64,000 nt of DNA. Origin: Desulfobacteraceae bacterium. Lineage in GTDB: Bacteria; Desulfobacterota; Desulfobacteria; Desulfobacterales; Desulfosalsimonadaceae. Of this stretch, positions 1 through 10,410 are shown in pieces; the first letter of the stretch is position 1, and every line of letters begins with the position of its first letter. The position numbers and the translations under genes are program-made. Where the stretch lies: contig JAABUA010000002.1 of the NCBI GenBank assembly GCA_011389515.1, positions 28,839 to 92,838 on the forward strand, read 5' to 3'. The notes beneath the pieces were generated by a model. It did no database searches. It was given only the letters and a program-made list of their open reading frames with translations, and had not been told where the DNA came from.

Positions 1-1
1 C

Positions 2-352
2 GAAAAAGGGCTGATTCGACGCTACGGGGCCACTTTGCGGCACCAGAAATCCGGATTTACTGCAAATGTCATGGTGGCATGGCAGGTGGATGAAGACCGC
101 ATTCACGAAGTCGGGCATGAAATGGCCCGTCACGAAGCCATCTCCCATTGCTACAGGCGCAGTCCGGATGAAAAGTGGCCCTACAACCTCTATACCATGA
201 TCCATGCGCGGGACAGACAATCCTGCCACGAAATCGCCGATGAACTGGTCAAAAAAGACGGTGTGAAAAACTATACCATGCTGTTTTCCGAAAAAGAGCT
301 CAAAAAAACCTCCATGGTGTATTTCGAGGACGAGTTCGATACGGATGAATAA
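2..352 (+). CDS. Siroheme decarboxylase subunit (AhbA/AhbB, NirD/L/G/H family), C-terminal fragment; 5' end lies outside the window
   Basis: The frame is open from nt 2; the track start at 35 is an internal TTG. The translation ...GLIRRYGATLRHQKSGFTANVMVAW...ISHCYRR...WPYNLYTMIHARD...ELKKTSMVYF matches my recollection of the C-terminal half of this family. Confidence 0.6.
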   Translation, partial: EKGLIRRYGATLRHQKSGFTANVMVAWQVDEDRIHEVGHEMARHEAISHCYRRSPDEKWPYNLYTMIHARDRQSCHEIADELVKKDGVKNYTMLFSEKELKKTSMVYFEDEFDTDE

Positions 353-1712
353 GGGTGATACCCCCCCGCTGCCGGATCCAATGAGCAACGCCCCCCATAT
401 TGTATGCATCAACCCGTGGATTCACGATTTTGCCGCTTTTGACTTCTGGGCCAAACCGATAGGATTGCTCTACATTGCCGGTATGCTGCGAAATTGCGGC
501 CTGCGTGTGTCCTATATGGACTGCATGGACCGGTTTCATTCCATGGCAAGCCGCAGGGATTCTTCTGCGGACGGGCGGGGGGCGTACCGGAAGACCCCGA
601 TTCCTGCACCAAAGCCCCTGGCGGGTGTGCCCGCCGTATTTTCCCGCTACGGCATCGATCCCCGGTGGTTTGCGGCGGACCTGGCTTCCATCGGCAGACC
701 GGATCTCGTATTGGTTACATCGCTTATGACCTACTGGTATACGGGTGTTGCAGAAACCATCGAGGCGGTGAAAAACATGTACCCGGATGTGCCGGTATTG
801 TTGGGCGGGATTTATGCGACGCTGCTGCCGGAACATGCCCGTAAGCATACCGGCGCCGACGAGGTGGTTTGCGGCGCCGCAGAAGAAACCGTTTTCCGGC
901 GGATCGAAAAATACACCGGTTTTCAATTACATCCCGGCTTTGATCCTGCGGACATGAATGCGTTTCCGTATCCCGCCTTTGACCTGCAATCTGAAATCCC
1001 CTACGTCCCCCTCCTTACCGCCCGGGGGTGCCCGAACCGATGCGCCTATTGCGCATCCCATGTTCTTCAGCCAAGGCGGATGTGCCGCCTGCCGGAAAAT
1101 GCGGCCGCGGAGGTCGCGTATTGGCATGATCGCTTTGGCGTCTGTAATTTCGCCTTTTATGACGACGCCCTGCTGGCGGACGCCGGCACTCATGCCATAC
1201 CGTTTTTAGAGAGAATCGCGGCCATGAAAAAGGACTTGTCGTTTCATACCCCCAATGCACTCCATGTGCGCCCCATAACGGCAAAAATCGCAGATTTGAT
1301 GGTGAAGGCGGGGTTTGCGACGATCCGTTTAGGGCTGGAAACCGCAGATGGCAGGAGCCGGGAACTCGATGACAAGGTATGCCACGAGGAGTTTGTCCGC
1401 GCGGTCCGGCGGCTTCTGGAAGCGGGTTTTGATCAAAAACAGATCGGGGCGTATCTTCTGGTGGGGCTTCCCGGACAGGACCTTTCATCGGTGGAGGCAT
1501 CCATTGATACGGTCAAAAAATGCGGCATAAAGCCGGTGCTGGCCTATTATACGCCGATTCCCCGTACCCGCATGTGGGAGGCGGCGTGCCGGGTCTCCCG
1601 GTATGACCTTGCGGCGGAGCCTTTGTTTACCAACAATTCGCTGATGCCGTGCATGCCCGAATACGACCGCCCCCTGATCAACCGGTTAAAACAACTGGCA
1701 GCGGCGGGCTGA
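345..1712 (+). CDS. Radical SAM protein with an N-terminal B12-binding-like domain
   Basis: 455-aa ORF whose ATG overlaps the upstream stop by 8 nt. It has a canonical CxxxCxxC (RGCPNRCAYC) in mid-protein after a Rossmann-like N-terminal region (HIVCINPW...LLYIAGML), the layout of class-B-like radical SAM enzymes. Specific function is unknown. Confidence 0.75.
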   Translation: MNKGDTPPLPDPMSNAPHIVCINPWIHDFAAFDFWAKPIGLLYIAGMLRNCGLRVSYMDCMDRFHSMASRRDSSADGRGAYRKTPIPAPKPLAGVPAVFSRYGIDPRWFAADLASIGRPDLVLVTSLMTYWYTGVAETIEAVKNMYPDVPVLLGGIYATLLPEHARKHTGADEVVCGAAEETVFRRIEKYTGFQLHPGFDPADMNAFPYPAFDLQSEIPYVPLLTARGCPNRCAYCASHVLQPRRMCRLPENAAAEVAYWHDRFGVCNFAFYDDALLADAGTHAIPFLERIAAMKKDLSFHTPNALHVRPITAKIADLMVKAGFATIRLGLETADGRSRELDDKVCHEEFVRAVRRLLEAGFDQKQIGAYLLVGLPGQDLSSVEASIDTVKKCGIKPVLAYYTPIPRTRMWEAACRVSRYDLAAEPLFTNNSLMPCMPEYDRPLINRLKQLAAAG

Positions 1713-1801
1713 AGAGAAAAGTCAATACCAACACCCCTTGCCTTGGTCGCGTTTTGTATATGGCGTTTTTATACTGAACAAATTACGGTATATCGCGGCT
1801 T

Positions 1802-1830
1802 GTGCGGGCACGGCAGCGCCGTGCCCGCAC
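1802..1830. other. Perfect 13-bp GC-rich hairpin (GTGCGGGCACGGC-agc-GCCGTGCCCGCAC) in a convergent intergenic region
   Basis: Read directly from the sequence. It lies between the 3' ends of the radical SAM gene (+) and tkt (-). There is no flanking U-tract, so it is not a canonical intrinsic terminator. Confidence 0.5.
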
Positions 1831-2052
1831 GGGGGCAAATGCATGTCCATCGGCGGCGGATTGAAGTATGCCCGGCATATAAAATGGCCACATGCAACGG
1901 CGGCAGAACGGTGCTGCCCGACGGCAACATTGGGAGGGCCTGGTGATATGTCTTGGCTCAACAAGCCATAGAGGTATCCCGGGCCCTCACAGTTGCCAAG
2001 GGAAGCCGCCGGGCGCCGCGATTGCATGTAACCGTAGCGCCTGCATGTGACC

Positions 2053-4080
2053 TTACCGACCGAGAATCACAAGCGCCTTTTCAACGGCATTTTCCGCCGT
2101 AAATCCGTATTTTTTCATTACCGTGCCCCCCGGTGCGGAAGCACCGAACCGGTTGACGCCAATCATGCCGCCGGCAATCCCCACGTAGCGCTCCCATCCC
2201 ATGGTGATCCCCGCTTCAATGGACAACCGGGCGGGTACATCCGGCGGAAGCACGGACTTTTTGTACTCATCGTCCATTTCCTCGAAAAGCTCCCAGCAGG
2301 GCATGCTCACAACACGGGCGGCAATCCCTTTGCCCTGCAGCGCTTTTTGCGCATCAAGGGCGACGTGGACTTCAGCGCCGGTGGCCATGAGGATGATATC
2401 CGGCTTGCCGTCGGCATCGGAAAGCACATAAGCGCCTTTTTTGACGCCCTCCACCGGCGCAAGGGCTTCCCGGTCGATAACCGGCAGGTTCTGCCGTGAA
2501 AAGAGAAGTGCAGTGGGGCGGTTTTCAGAGGATACGGCGATTTTCCAGGCCGCTGTCGTTTCGGTGGCATCGGCCGGCCGGATCACCAAAAGGTTGGGAA
2601 TAGCGCGAAGTGATGCAAGATGTTCGACGGGCTGGTGGGTGGGTCCGTCCTCCCCGACCGCGAGGCTGTCATGGGTGAACACATATATGGCGGGAACGCC
2701 CATCAGTGCGGACAGGCGAACGGCCGGCCGCATGTAGTCCGCAAACACCAGGAAGGTGCCGCAGAACGGGGTGAAACCGCCGTGAACAGCCAAACCGTTG
2801 ACGATGGCCGCCATGGCATGTTCCCTTACGCCGAAGCGGATATTTCTGCCGGCGTAGTTGTTTTTTTGAAAATCACTGGAATCCTTGAGAATCGTGTTGT
2901 TCGACGGAGCGAGATCGGCGGAGCCCCCGATCATGTCAGGCCGTTTTTTTGCCAGTGCGTTGAGCACGATGCCGGATGCCTTGCGGGTAGCCATGGGGCC
3001 GTCATCTGGTTTGAAAACGGGCAGTTCCGTATCCCAGCCCTTGGGTGGAATCTTTTCGAGCCGTGCCATCATCGCATCGGCCAGCTCCGGATGCGCCTTT
3101 TTGTATGCATCAAATTGGTCATTCCAGCTTTTTTCATTTTTTTCACCGTTTTCCGCTACGGACCGAAAGTGAGCCAGCACGATTTCAGGCACGCAGAACA
3201 GTTCGTCCGCCGGACAGCCGTAATAGGTCTTGGTGAGACGAACCTCTTCTTCTCCCAAGGGTGCGCCGTGGGCATCTGCCTTTCCCTGTTTGTTCGGGCT
3301 GCCATAGGCGATATGGGTGCGGATAATGATCAAGGAAGGTTTTTTTGTCTCGGCCTTTGCCGCGTCAATGGCATCGCATATGGCGCGCAGGTCGTTTCCG
3401 TCAGAAACCGCAAGCACATGCCAGTTCTGGGCTTCGAAGCGTTTGCCAACATCTTCGGTAAACGTAATATCCGTGCTTCCCTCGATGGAGATCTTGTTGT
3501 CGTCATAAAGGCAGATCAGCTTAGAAAGCCCCAGGTGGCCGGCAAGGGATGCGGCTTCCGATGAAATTCCCTCCATCAGGTCGCCGTCACCGCACATGAC
3601 ATAGGTATAATGGTCGACAATCTCATGGCCGGGGCGGTTGTAAAGTTCGGCCATCTGGCGCTCGGCCATGGCCATGCCGACTGCGGTGGCGATTCCCTGT
3701 CCCAGCGGACCGGTGGTCGTTTCAACACCCGGTGTATGGCGGTATTCCGGGTGACCCGGCGTCAGGCTGCCCCATTGCCGGAATTGTTTCAGATCTTCTA
3801 TGGTGAGCGGGTACCCGGTGAGAAAAAGCAGGCTGTATAGCATCATCGATGCATGGCCGGCGGAAAGGACAAACCGGTCCCGATCGATCCAGTGATGGTT
3901 TTTGGGGTTATGCTTCATATACCGGGTCCAGAGTGCGTATGCCGCCGGGGCCATTCCCATGGGTGCGCCCGGGTGGCCGGATTTGGCTTTTTCAATGGCA
4001 TCGATGGACAGGCTCCGGAGGGTGTTGACGGCAAGCGTCTCCATATCGGAAATTTTTTCCGCAGGCATATCGGTTTTCAT
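2053..4080 (-). CDS. tkt: Transketolase
   Basis: 675 aa with ...[19 protein letters not shown]... near the N-terminus, the ThDP motif GDGDLMEG, and full-length collinearity with bacterial transketolases. An AAGGAG RBS precedes the ATG. Confidence 0.97.
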   Translation of the reverse strand: MKTDMPAEKISDMETLAVNTLRSLSIDAIEKAKSGHPGAPMGMAPAAYALWTRYMKHNPKNHHWIDRDRFVLSAGHASMMLYSLLFLTGYPLTIEDLKQFRQWGSLTPGHPEYRHTPGVETTTGPLGQGIATAVGMAMAERQMAELYNRPGHEIVDHYTYVMCGDGDLMEGISSEAASLAGHLGLSKLICLYDDNKISIEGSTDITFTEDVGKRFEAQNWHVLAVSDGNDLRAICDAIDAAKAETKKPSLIIIRTHIAYGSPNKQGKADAHGAPLGEEEVRLTKTYYGCPADELFCVPEIVLAHFRSVAENGEKNEKSWNDQFDAYKKAHPELADAMMARLEKIPPKGWDTELPVFKPDDGPMATRKASGIVLNALAKKRPDMIGGSADLAPSNNTILKDSSDFQKNNYAGRNIRFGVREHAMAAIVNGLAVHGGFTPFCGTFLVFADYMRPAVRLSALMGVPAIYVFTHDSLAVGEDGPTHQPVEHLASLRAIPNLLVIRPADATETTAAWKIAVSSENRPTALLFSRQNLPVIDREALAPVEGVKKGAYVLSDADGKPDIILMATGAEVHVALDAQKALQGKGIAARVVSMPCWELFEEMDDEYKKSVLPPDVPARLSIEAGITMGWERYVGIAGGMIGVNRFGASAPGGTVMKKYGFTAENAVEKALVILGR

Positions 4081-4126
4081 TGGTTCTCCTTGTGTTCTGG
4101 TGTCTCGTTTCTGCCGGTATCCGGCC

Positions 4127-4996
4127 TTACAGCGCCCGTAAAAATTCCGGCTTCAGCTTGATCTTTCCGGTAAGCGCCTCGTCAATGAGCCGCAGGGTTT
4201 TTTCCTTGTCCTCCGGCAGCTTTGCCCGTATGGGAAGGTAGTTGGAAGCGTGGTTGGCGTGGAACAGGCCGTTTGTCATGTGCGTGTGTTCGATCATGGT
4301 GCGCAGTTCACGGAGCATTTCCGTCGACCCGATCATTTCAAACTTTCCGGCCTCATAATCGTCGTGGAGCTCGGTGCCGGGAATCAGCATCAGGGAAAGT
4401 GCACCCACAAATTCGGGATCGATGGCGGAGAGCACCCGGCCGGTTTCTTGGGCATGAACGGCGGAGCGGTTTTTTCCGGCAACGCCCAGCAGAACGGTAA
4501 TGGAAAGCTGGATGCCCGCGGACCGGATTTTTCTGCCCATTTCGATCATGTGCGCGGAAGATGCGCCCTTGTTGATGTTTTTAAGGGTTTCGTCATCGCC
4601 GCTTTCAAGCCCCAAATAGGCCAGCTTCAGCCCCAGGTCCCGGAGCTGTTCGAGCTCCTCCCTGCTTTTCATTTTAATCCCCTTGGCATTGGCATATACG
4701 CTGATGCGTTCAAGCCATGGCAGCTGCCGGTTGATTTCCTCCAGAATTTTCACGAGCCGCTTCTGGGGAACGATCAGGGCGTCTCCGTCGCAGATAAACA
4801 GGCGCCTGGCAAAGGTATACTGTTTTGCCGCATAGGCGATATCCGTCATGATCTGTTCATCGGGTTTGATCTTGAAACGCTCGCCTTTATACGTTCCGCA
4901 GAACGTACACTTGTTGTGAGAACACCCCACGGTTACCTGGAGCAGAATACTGTTGGCCTCGCTCGGCGGCCGGATGACCATTCCTTCGTAATGCAT
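4127..4996 (-). CDS. Radical SAM protein of unknown function with an atypical Cx4Cx2C cluster motif
   Basis: Start trimmed to ATG 4996 ([21 protein letters not shown]), because the longer track ORF runs into an intergenic repeat. The motif [11 protein letters not shown] sits near the N-terminus, with a TIM-barrel-like remainder ([11 protein letters not shown]). Confidence 0.75.
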   Translation of the reverse strand: MHYEGMVIRPPSEANSILLQVTVGCSHNKCTFCGTYKGERFKIKPDEQIMTDIAYAAKQYTFARRLFICDGDALIVPQKRLVKILEEINRQLPWLERISVYANAKGIKMKSREELEQLRDLGLKLAYLGLESGDDETLKNINKGASSAHMIEMGRKIRSAGIQLSITVLLGVAGKNRSAVHAQETGRVLSAIDPEFVGALSLMLIPGTELHDDYEAGKFEMIGSTEMLRELRTMIEHTHMTNGLFHANHASNYLPIRAKLPEDKEKTLRLIDEALTGKIKLKPEFLRAL

Positions 4997-5028
4997 AGCT
5001 GGATCTCCAAAAAAAGTTGCAGAATTAT

Positions 5029-5186
5029 GATGGCACCGTAAAAAGTCCAATGTCTGCGTTACGCGCAATTTCTCAGAATTTCATCACGCCAAAGGCGTGA
5101 CTGCATTCTTCGGAATCGCGCAAGCCTTGATCTTGTCACGCCATGGCGTGATTACGGCGCCATCTGAAATCAGACTTTTTACGAGT
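5029..5186. repeat. Structured intergenic repeat, copy A (full length)
   Basis: Near-identical to the reverse complement of 14313-14475. Ends carry CCGTAAAAAGTCC / GACTTTTTACG in inverted orientation. Internal features are the 16-nt palindrome TCACGCCATGGCGTGA and the imperfect inverted repeat GCGC..TCTCAGAAT / ATTCTTCGGAATCGCGC. Confidence 0.85.
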
Positions 5187-5277
5187 TCATCAATTATAAA
5201 TTGTACGTTTTTTATCCACTCTGAAGGGCAAATGCAACCCTTTTTATGACGCACTGCCGCATCTTCGTAAATGGCTT

Positions 5278-6612
5278 TCAAACGTGGTGTTTCTGTATAT
5301 TCAAGAGGTTGTGGCTCACAGAAACCGGGTATGGCGCAGGAGAATCAATGTCCTTGCACGCATCGGGAAGTCTCGCGAAATTTTCGGCGAAATATGCTCT
5401 TACCGCTTCTATGCCGGGCGGTTCAATGACAATGTTTCCGTTTTTCACAACGGTTTCAAGCAGCGGGGTAGCCTTTTCAATGGATTCCTCTTTTATCCCG
5501 ATGATATCCCCCGTGTATTTTCCGTTTGGGCCGGTTTTTCGGAACACCTGTTTTTCTCCGGCCAGGTATGCTTTTCCCGGGCTTTTCTTGGTGATATTCC
5601 GATTTCCGAAGTGAACCAGCTTGTAGACCATGTCCAGGAAGGGCGCGTCGGCGGAAACGCCAAGTTTTGTCCCCACACCGAATGCATCGATGGCTGCATT
5701 CTGCCCGATGACATGTGCAATTTTGTACTCGTCAAATCCGCTGCTGGCAAAAATTTCTGTTTTCTCCAGTCCGGCGTCATCCAGAATTTCCCTCACCTCC
5801 CTGCTCAAGACGGCCATATCCCCACTGTCCAGCCGGACACCGACGAGTGATTCTCCCCTCTTTTTCATTTCAATGCCTATTTTTGCGGCATTTTGAGCCC
5901 CTTCGATCGTATCGTGGGTGTCTATGAGCAGCACGGTCTTTGTGGGATAATTTTTTGAATAGGCCTTGAAAGCGTCATATTCGTTTTCATAGATGCTTAC
6001 AAACGAATGCGCCATGGTGCCCGACACCGGGATATCGTAGAGTTTTCCGGCCATGACATTGCTGGTCGCAGCAAACCCTGCAATATAGCTGCTTCTGGCA
6101 GCTTTGAGCCCTGCATCAACACCCTGGTCCCTGCGAAGGGAAAAATCCACCACGTTTCTGCCGCCGGCCGCATATACGCACCGTGCGGCCTTGGTTGCGA
6201 TAAGGCTTGAAAAACCGACGATATTGATCAAGAACGTTTCAAGCAGTTGGGACTCGATTATGGGGGCGGAAACCTCCATGACCGGTTCGTCGGCAAAAAA
6301 CAAGGAGCCCTCGGGCATGGCGCGGATCGTGCCCGTAAACCGGAAACGGTTGAGGTGGTTCAGAAAATCGACCGTAAACAGGCCGGTTTTTTCCAGGTAT
6401 GACAGGTCCTGATCCGAAAAGGTGTAATCAAGTATCTCAAAAAGCGCTTCTTCAAGCCCGGCACAGACATAGTAGCTCCGGTTTTCCGGATATCCCCGAA
6501 CAAACAATGAAAATGCGGCCTCGTCGTTTATATTTTCCGCAAAATAACATTGCGCCATGGTCAGTTCATACAGATCCGTAAATATCGGGCCGATTTTTAT
6601 CAGTTGCTTCAT
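5278..6612 (-). CDS. pncB: Nicotinate phosphoribosyltransferase
   Basis: MKQLIKIGPIFTDLYELTMAQCYF... followed by family-typical length and order. Start trimmed to ATG 6612, which is preceded by a GGGGG RBS. Confidence 0.88.
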   Translation of the reverse strand: MKQLIKIGPIFTDLYELTMAQCYFAENINDEAAFSLFVRGYPENRSYYVCAGLEEALFEILDYTFSDQDLSYLEKTGLFTVDFLNHLNRFRFTGTIRAMPEGSLFFADEPVMEVSAPIIESQLLETFLINIVGFSSLIATKAARCVYAAGGRNVVDFSLRRDQGVDAGLKAARSSYIAGFAATSNVMAGKLYDIPVSGTMAHSFVSIYENEYDAFKAYSKNYPTKTVLLIDTHDTIEGAQNAAKIGIEMKKRGESLVGVRLDSGDMAVLSREVREILDDAGLEKTEIFASSGFDEYKIAHVIGQNAAIDAFGVGTKLGVSADAPFLDMVYKLVHFGNRNITKKSPGKAYLAGEKQVFRKTGPNGKYTGDIIGIKEESIEKATPLLETVVKNGNIVIEPPGIEAVRAYFAENFARLPDACKDIDSPAPYPVSVSHNLLNIQKHHV

Positions 6613-6860
6613 ATTGCCCCCTGTTAAAAAGTGTTTTCTCCTGTCGCCGGCCACCCCCATGCTCCCGCGAGTATTAAGGACAATTTCAACCAAGGGGTTT
6701 CTGGTATTGCCCTGGCAATAGCAGGAGAACGCGTCCTGTGATTAAACTGCAGGGCCACAGGCCGCTTGTCTACACTTCGCCATGAGCGATAAGCAACCCC
6801 CTGCAATTGTTGCTACGGGCACCCGGAACCGCTTGGTATGAAATTAAACCAATCAAGCTT

Positions 6861-6890
6861 GATGGCACCGTAAAAAGTCCAATATCTGCA
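6861..6890. repeat. Structured intergenic repeat, solo left-end fragment (copy D)
   Basis: GATGGCACCGTAAAAAGTCCAATATCTGCA matches the left end of copies A and C, then diverges. Confidence 0.7.
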
Positions 6891-6933
6891 GTGTGAAGTA
6901 TCACCTTCCAGGCCGCCCCTTTTTCGTCTCCAA

Positions 6934-6962
6934 TTGACATGCATCTTATTATTATTTATGGT
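6934..6962 (+). promoter_or_regulatory. Sigma-70-like promoter candidate upstream of queF
   Basis: TTGACA (6934-6939), 17-nt spacer, TATGGT (6957-6962), about 100 nt upstream of the queF ATG. Confidence 0.4.
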
Positions 6963-7068
6963 TCATCACAACAAAGAACAATTCAGGCCCTTTGAAAAAC
7001 GGTATCCGGATCGGTTCCGTCCCGGGAAGGGCAAAAAATTGTATTTACCCATATGTAAGGACACGTCA

Positions 7069-7470
7069 ATGGAAGATGCAAATGGAAAAATAACGGGAAA
7101 GCCGCCTGAATCCCAGGATAGTATCGTCACATCCATGCTTGAGCCTATTTTGTATCACTATGCCCGTAAGATAGACGTGGTCATATCGCAGCCGGAATAC
7201 ACGTCCGTGTGCCCCCGGACCGGCCTGCCCGATTTCGGCTGCATTACCATACGGTATACGCCGGGCTCCCATATCATCGAGCTTAAATCCCTCAAGTACT
7301 ATCTCCTGCAATATCGGAACGTGGGAATTTTCTATGAAAATGCCGTTAACCGGATACTCGAAGACCTCGTTGCCGTGCTTGCGCCCAGAAATATGACCGT
7401 AACGGGCGAATTTACGGCAAGGGGCGGAATCGCAACGACGGTAAGCGCGCATTATCCGGAGGCCGGTTAG
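7069..7470 (+). CDS. queF: NADPH-dependent 7-cyano-7-deazaguanine (preQ0) reductase, unimodular type
   Basis: [21 protein letters not shown]...[14 protein letters not shown]...FYE are QueF signature segments. Start trimmed to ATG 7069 with an AAGGA RBS (133 aa). Confidence 0.88.
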   Translation: MEDANGKITGKPPESQDSIVTSMLEPILYHYARKIDVVISQPEYTSVCPRTGLPDFGCITIRYTPGSHIIELKSLKYYLLQYRNVGIFYENAVNRILEDLVAVLAPRNMTVTGEFTARGGIATTVSAHYPEAG

Positions 7471-7592
7471 CAGCCTGCATCCTGCCGCTTAAATAGAACG
7501 ATCGCTCGTTTTTTGATTGACAGTTTCCGGTGATGCGGGTAGAAAGATGACAGCAGGGCAGGTCAAGAAAAAAGGAGCGTTTATATCTGATT

Positions 7593-8318
7593 ATGGAAAC
7601 GGCAGCAAAACAGACGGAAAAAATCTGCTTTGATACATTCAGGCAAATGGCCCTTCTTTCCATGGAAGAGATCTGTCGCGAGATTTTCCATGAAAACCAG
7701 CAGTCCATAAAGATCAAGAAAGAGCCGGTGGCCATCAGGAATCTGGTCAATATTTTTCATACCACGCTGAAGCTTTCCAATGAAAAAGGCTTTCATACCA
7801 TGAGCCTGCGTGACTTGAGCAGCGCTTCAGGGCTGAGCATGGGAGCGCTTTATTCCTACTTTTCCAGCAAGGATGAACTGTTGGAAATGATTCAGAAACA
7901 GGGGCGCCGGATTGTGGGAAAGGTGCTCTTCGACCATGTGAGCCCGGAAGATTCCTCTCTGAAAAAAATGCGCACGCTAATCCGGGTTCATCTGTATCTT
8001 ACCGAAGTGATGCAGCCCTGGTTCTATTTCGCGTACATGGAAACCAAGAATCTCGATAAAATACAGCGGAAACGATCCATTGAAAGCGAACTGTTTACGG
8101 AGCAGGTCTTTCATGACGTCCTGCTTGAAGGGCAGAAAGAGGGGGTATACAAGGCAATCGATTCCACGCTGACAGCCGGCGTAATCAAAGCCCTGCTCCA
8201 GGACTGGTATGTCAAGCGCTGGAAATATTCGCGCCGCCACATTTCTGTGGAGGCATATGCAGAATTCGTGATTTCCTTTGTTGAATCGGCGATCCTGGCC
8301 AAGGCGCCAGTAGCCTGA
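7593..8318 (+). CDS. TetR/AcrR family transcriptional regulator
   Basis: HTH segment FHTMSLRDLSSASGLSMGALYSYFSSKDELL followed by an all-helical C-terminal domain. The N-terminal extent is uncertain. Confidence 0.8.
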   Translation: METAAKQTEKICFDTFRQMALLSMEEICREIFHENQQSIKIKKEPVAIRNLVNIFHTTLKLSNEKGFHTMSLRDLSSASGLSMGALYSYFSSKDELLEMIQKQGRRIVGKVLFDHVSPEDSSLKKMRTLIRVHLYLTEVMQPWFYFAYMETKNLDKIQRKRSIESELFTEQVFHDVLLEGQKEGVYKAIDSTLTAGVIKALLQDWYVKRWKYSRRHISVEAYAEFVISFVESAILAKAPVA

Positions 8319-8323
8319 AAGGA

Positions 8324-9400
8324 GTGAAGATGGCTGTTTTGGATCAACCTCAGGATGTAAGGGAAGGAGAATCGCTGGATGCTTCTGCCGTTGCATCCTT
8401 TCTGGAGGAAAACATTGACGGCTTCTCCGGTTCCATTGAAATTCAGCAGTTTCCCTCCGGGTTTTCCAACCTCACCTACCTGATTACAGGGGGAGGCCGC
8501 GAACTGGTTCTTCGCCGCCCTCCTTTCGGGAAAAAAGCGGCTACCGCCCACGACATGGGGCGAGAGTACAGAATTCTGAGCGCCCTTCACCCGGTTTTCC
8601 CCTATTGTCCCAGACCCCTTGCGTATACCGAGGATGAATCCATCATCGGCGCCCCTTTTTATGTTATGGAGCGGATCAAAGGGATCATCCTGAGAAGAAA
8701 ACTGCCCGACGGCCTGTCGCTCTCGCCAACGGATGCAACCGCGCTGTGCAGGAACATGGTTGATCTGCTCTGCAGGCTTCACGGCCTGGATTATAAAGCC
8801 ATCGGGCTGGAAAATTTCGGAAAGCCCCAGGGGTATGTCCATCGGCAGGTCAATGGGTGGGCCAGGCGCTTCAGGGACGCAAAAACGCCGGATGTTCCGG
8901 ATTTTGAAGAAGTCATTTCCTGGCTCGGGAAAAACCAGCCGGCGGATACGCCTTTTCCGTGTATCATCCACAATGACTACAAGTTTGACAACCTGGTGCT
9001 CCATCCGGAAAATCCCCTTGATATCATCGGCATACTGGACTGGGAGATGACCACGCTGGGTGATCCGTTGATGGATCTCGGATGTTCCCTGGCCTACTGG
9101 GTCAACCGCGATGATCCGGATGAGATGCAATTGCTGGTGATGCAGCCGACCCACCTGGAAGGAATGATGACCCGAAAACAGATCGTCGACCTGTATACCG
9201 AAATATCCGGGCGCGATAGTAAAAATATGGATTTTTACTATGCATTCGGGATTTTTCGCCTGGCAGTCATCGCCCAGCAGATTTATTACCGGTATTATCA
9301 CGGCCAGACAAAGGACAAGCGGTTTGCATCGCTGGGTTTTGGCGTGGCGCTTTTTGAAAAAGCCGCCATGCGGGTTATGGAAGGATCGGGCGCTATTTAG
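8324..9400 (+). CDS. Phosphotransferase (APH/choline-kinase fold) family protein
   Basis: Catalytic loop IIHNDYKFDNLVL and the downstream ILDWEM motif. AAGGAG RBS. Sits 5 nt after the TetR stop. Confidence 0.75.
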   Translation: MKMAVLDQPQDVREGESLDASAVASFLEENIDGFSGSIEIQQFPSGFSNLTYLITGGGRELVLRRPPFGKKAATAHDMGREYRILSALHPVFPYCPRPLAYTEDESIIGAPFYVMERIKGIILRRKLPDGLSLSPTDATALCRNMVDLLCRLHGLDYKAIGLENFGKPQGYVHRQVNGWARRFRDAKTPDVPDFEEVISWLGKNQPADTPFPCIIHNDYKFDNLVLHPENPLDIIGILDWEMTTLGDPLMDLGCSLAYWVNRDDPDEMQLLVMQPTHLEGMMTRKQIVDLYTEISGRDSKNMDFYYAFGIFRLAVIAQQIYYRYYHGQTKDKRFASLGFGVALFEKAAMRVMEGSGAI

Positions 9401-10410
9401 ACGGCATGTATTGCTCCCCGTTCATTTTCCATGTGCTTCCCGATCCTTGTGAAATACTCGGAAACGATCTCCGTTGCCTGGCTGTGGGTTTCGATTTGTT
9501 TGATGTCTTCCCGAAAGCGCGCTGCATGCGGCATTCCCTTCACCAGCCATCCAAGGCGGCTGCGCATCATTCTCGCAGCGCGCGTCTCCCCGTAGGCTTC
9601 CATTGCATCTTTGACGTAGCGCAAAATCATATTGCACCGCTCTTCAAGGTGTATGTCCGGCGCCGGGCGGCTTTTAAGAAGCGCGGTCACCTGCTGAAAA
9701 ATCCAGGGGTTTGAAACGGCGCCCCTGCCGATCATCACGGCATCGCATCCTGTTTTTTCAATCATGTCAAGGGCATCTTCCGGCTGGACAATATCCCCGT
9801 TGCCGATAACCGGGATGGAAATCGCTTTTTTCACCGCCGTGATGACGGACCAGTCTGCTCTTCCCCGGAAAAGCTGGCTTACGGTCCGGGGATGGATGGC
9901 AACCGCATCCACGCCGCAATCTTCGGCGATGCGGGCCAGGGCAACCGCGTCCTCTCCAGAGGCATCGAACCCGCTTCTCATCTTGATGGTAAGGGGGGTG
10001 GAAACAGCGCTGCGGACTGTCTCAAGCAGGATTGTTGCGGCGGACAAATCTTTCATGAGGGCGGCGCCATAACCGTTTTTCAGGATTTTTCGAACCGAGC
10101 AGCCGAAATTGATGTCGATGATATCCGCGCCGCGCCCGGCGGCCATGGCTGCAGCATCCGCCATGATGGCAGGGTCTTTCCCGAAAATCTGGATCGAGAC
10201 CGGTTTTTCAGAATCGCTCATGGTCAGATAGGCAAGGGTTTTTTCCTGGCCGTAAATCATGCCGTTGGCGCTGATCATCTCAGAGCACACCAGGGCGCAG
10301 CCGTTTTCCCGCGCCATGCGCCTGAACGGCACGTCGGTGATTCCGGCCATGGGCGCCAGGATGGTTGGATTTTCGAGGGTGACGGGGCCTATGTTGATTT
10401 GTCTGGTCAC
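9397..10410 (-). CDS. tRNA-dihydrouridine synthase (Dus family)
   Basis: ...ILAPMAGITDVPFRRMARENG...VCSEM... and FMN TIM-barrel motifs (INFGC, IPVIGNGDI). Predicted GTG start; start confidence is lower than the family call. Confidence 0.88.
   Translation of the reverse strand: MTRQINIGPVTLENPTILAPMAGITDVPFRRMARENGCALVCSEMISANGMIYGQEKTLAYLTMSDSEKPVSIQIFGKDPAIMADAAAMAAGRGADIIDINFGCSVRKILKNGYGAALMKDLSAATILLETVRSAVSTPLTIKMRSGFDASGEDAVALARIAEDCGVDAVAIHPRTVSQLFRGRADWSVITAVKKAISIPVIGNGDIVQPEDALDMIEKTGCDAVMIGRGAVSNPWIFQQVTALLKSRPAPDIHLEERCNMILRYVKDAMEAYGETRAARMMRSRLGWLVKGMPHAARFREDIKQIETHSQATEIVSEYFTRIGKHMENERGAIHAV

Noticed and set aside
5084-5281. 65-aa ORF on the minus strand between the radical SAM gene and pncB
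   Set aside because: About half of it is a translation of the intergenic repeat; the same peptide-like string (ITPWRDKIKACAIPKNA) would arise from every copy. It has no RBS and overlaps the pncB stop. It is most likely spurious.
6963-7068. Possible preQ1 riboswitch in the queF leader (CCCGGGAAGGGCAAAAAATTG)
   Set aside because: It has an A-rich tract after a short GC stem. I cannot build the P1 stem, loop and pseudoknot of preQ1-I/II/III with the SD, and queF is not a typical preQ1-riboswitch target. A cmscan against Rfam would settle it.
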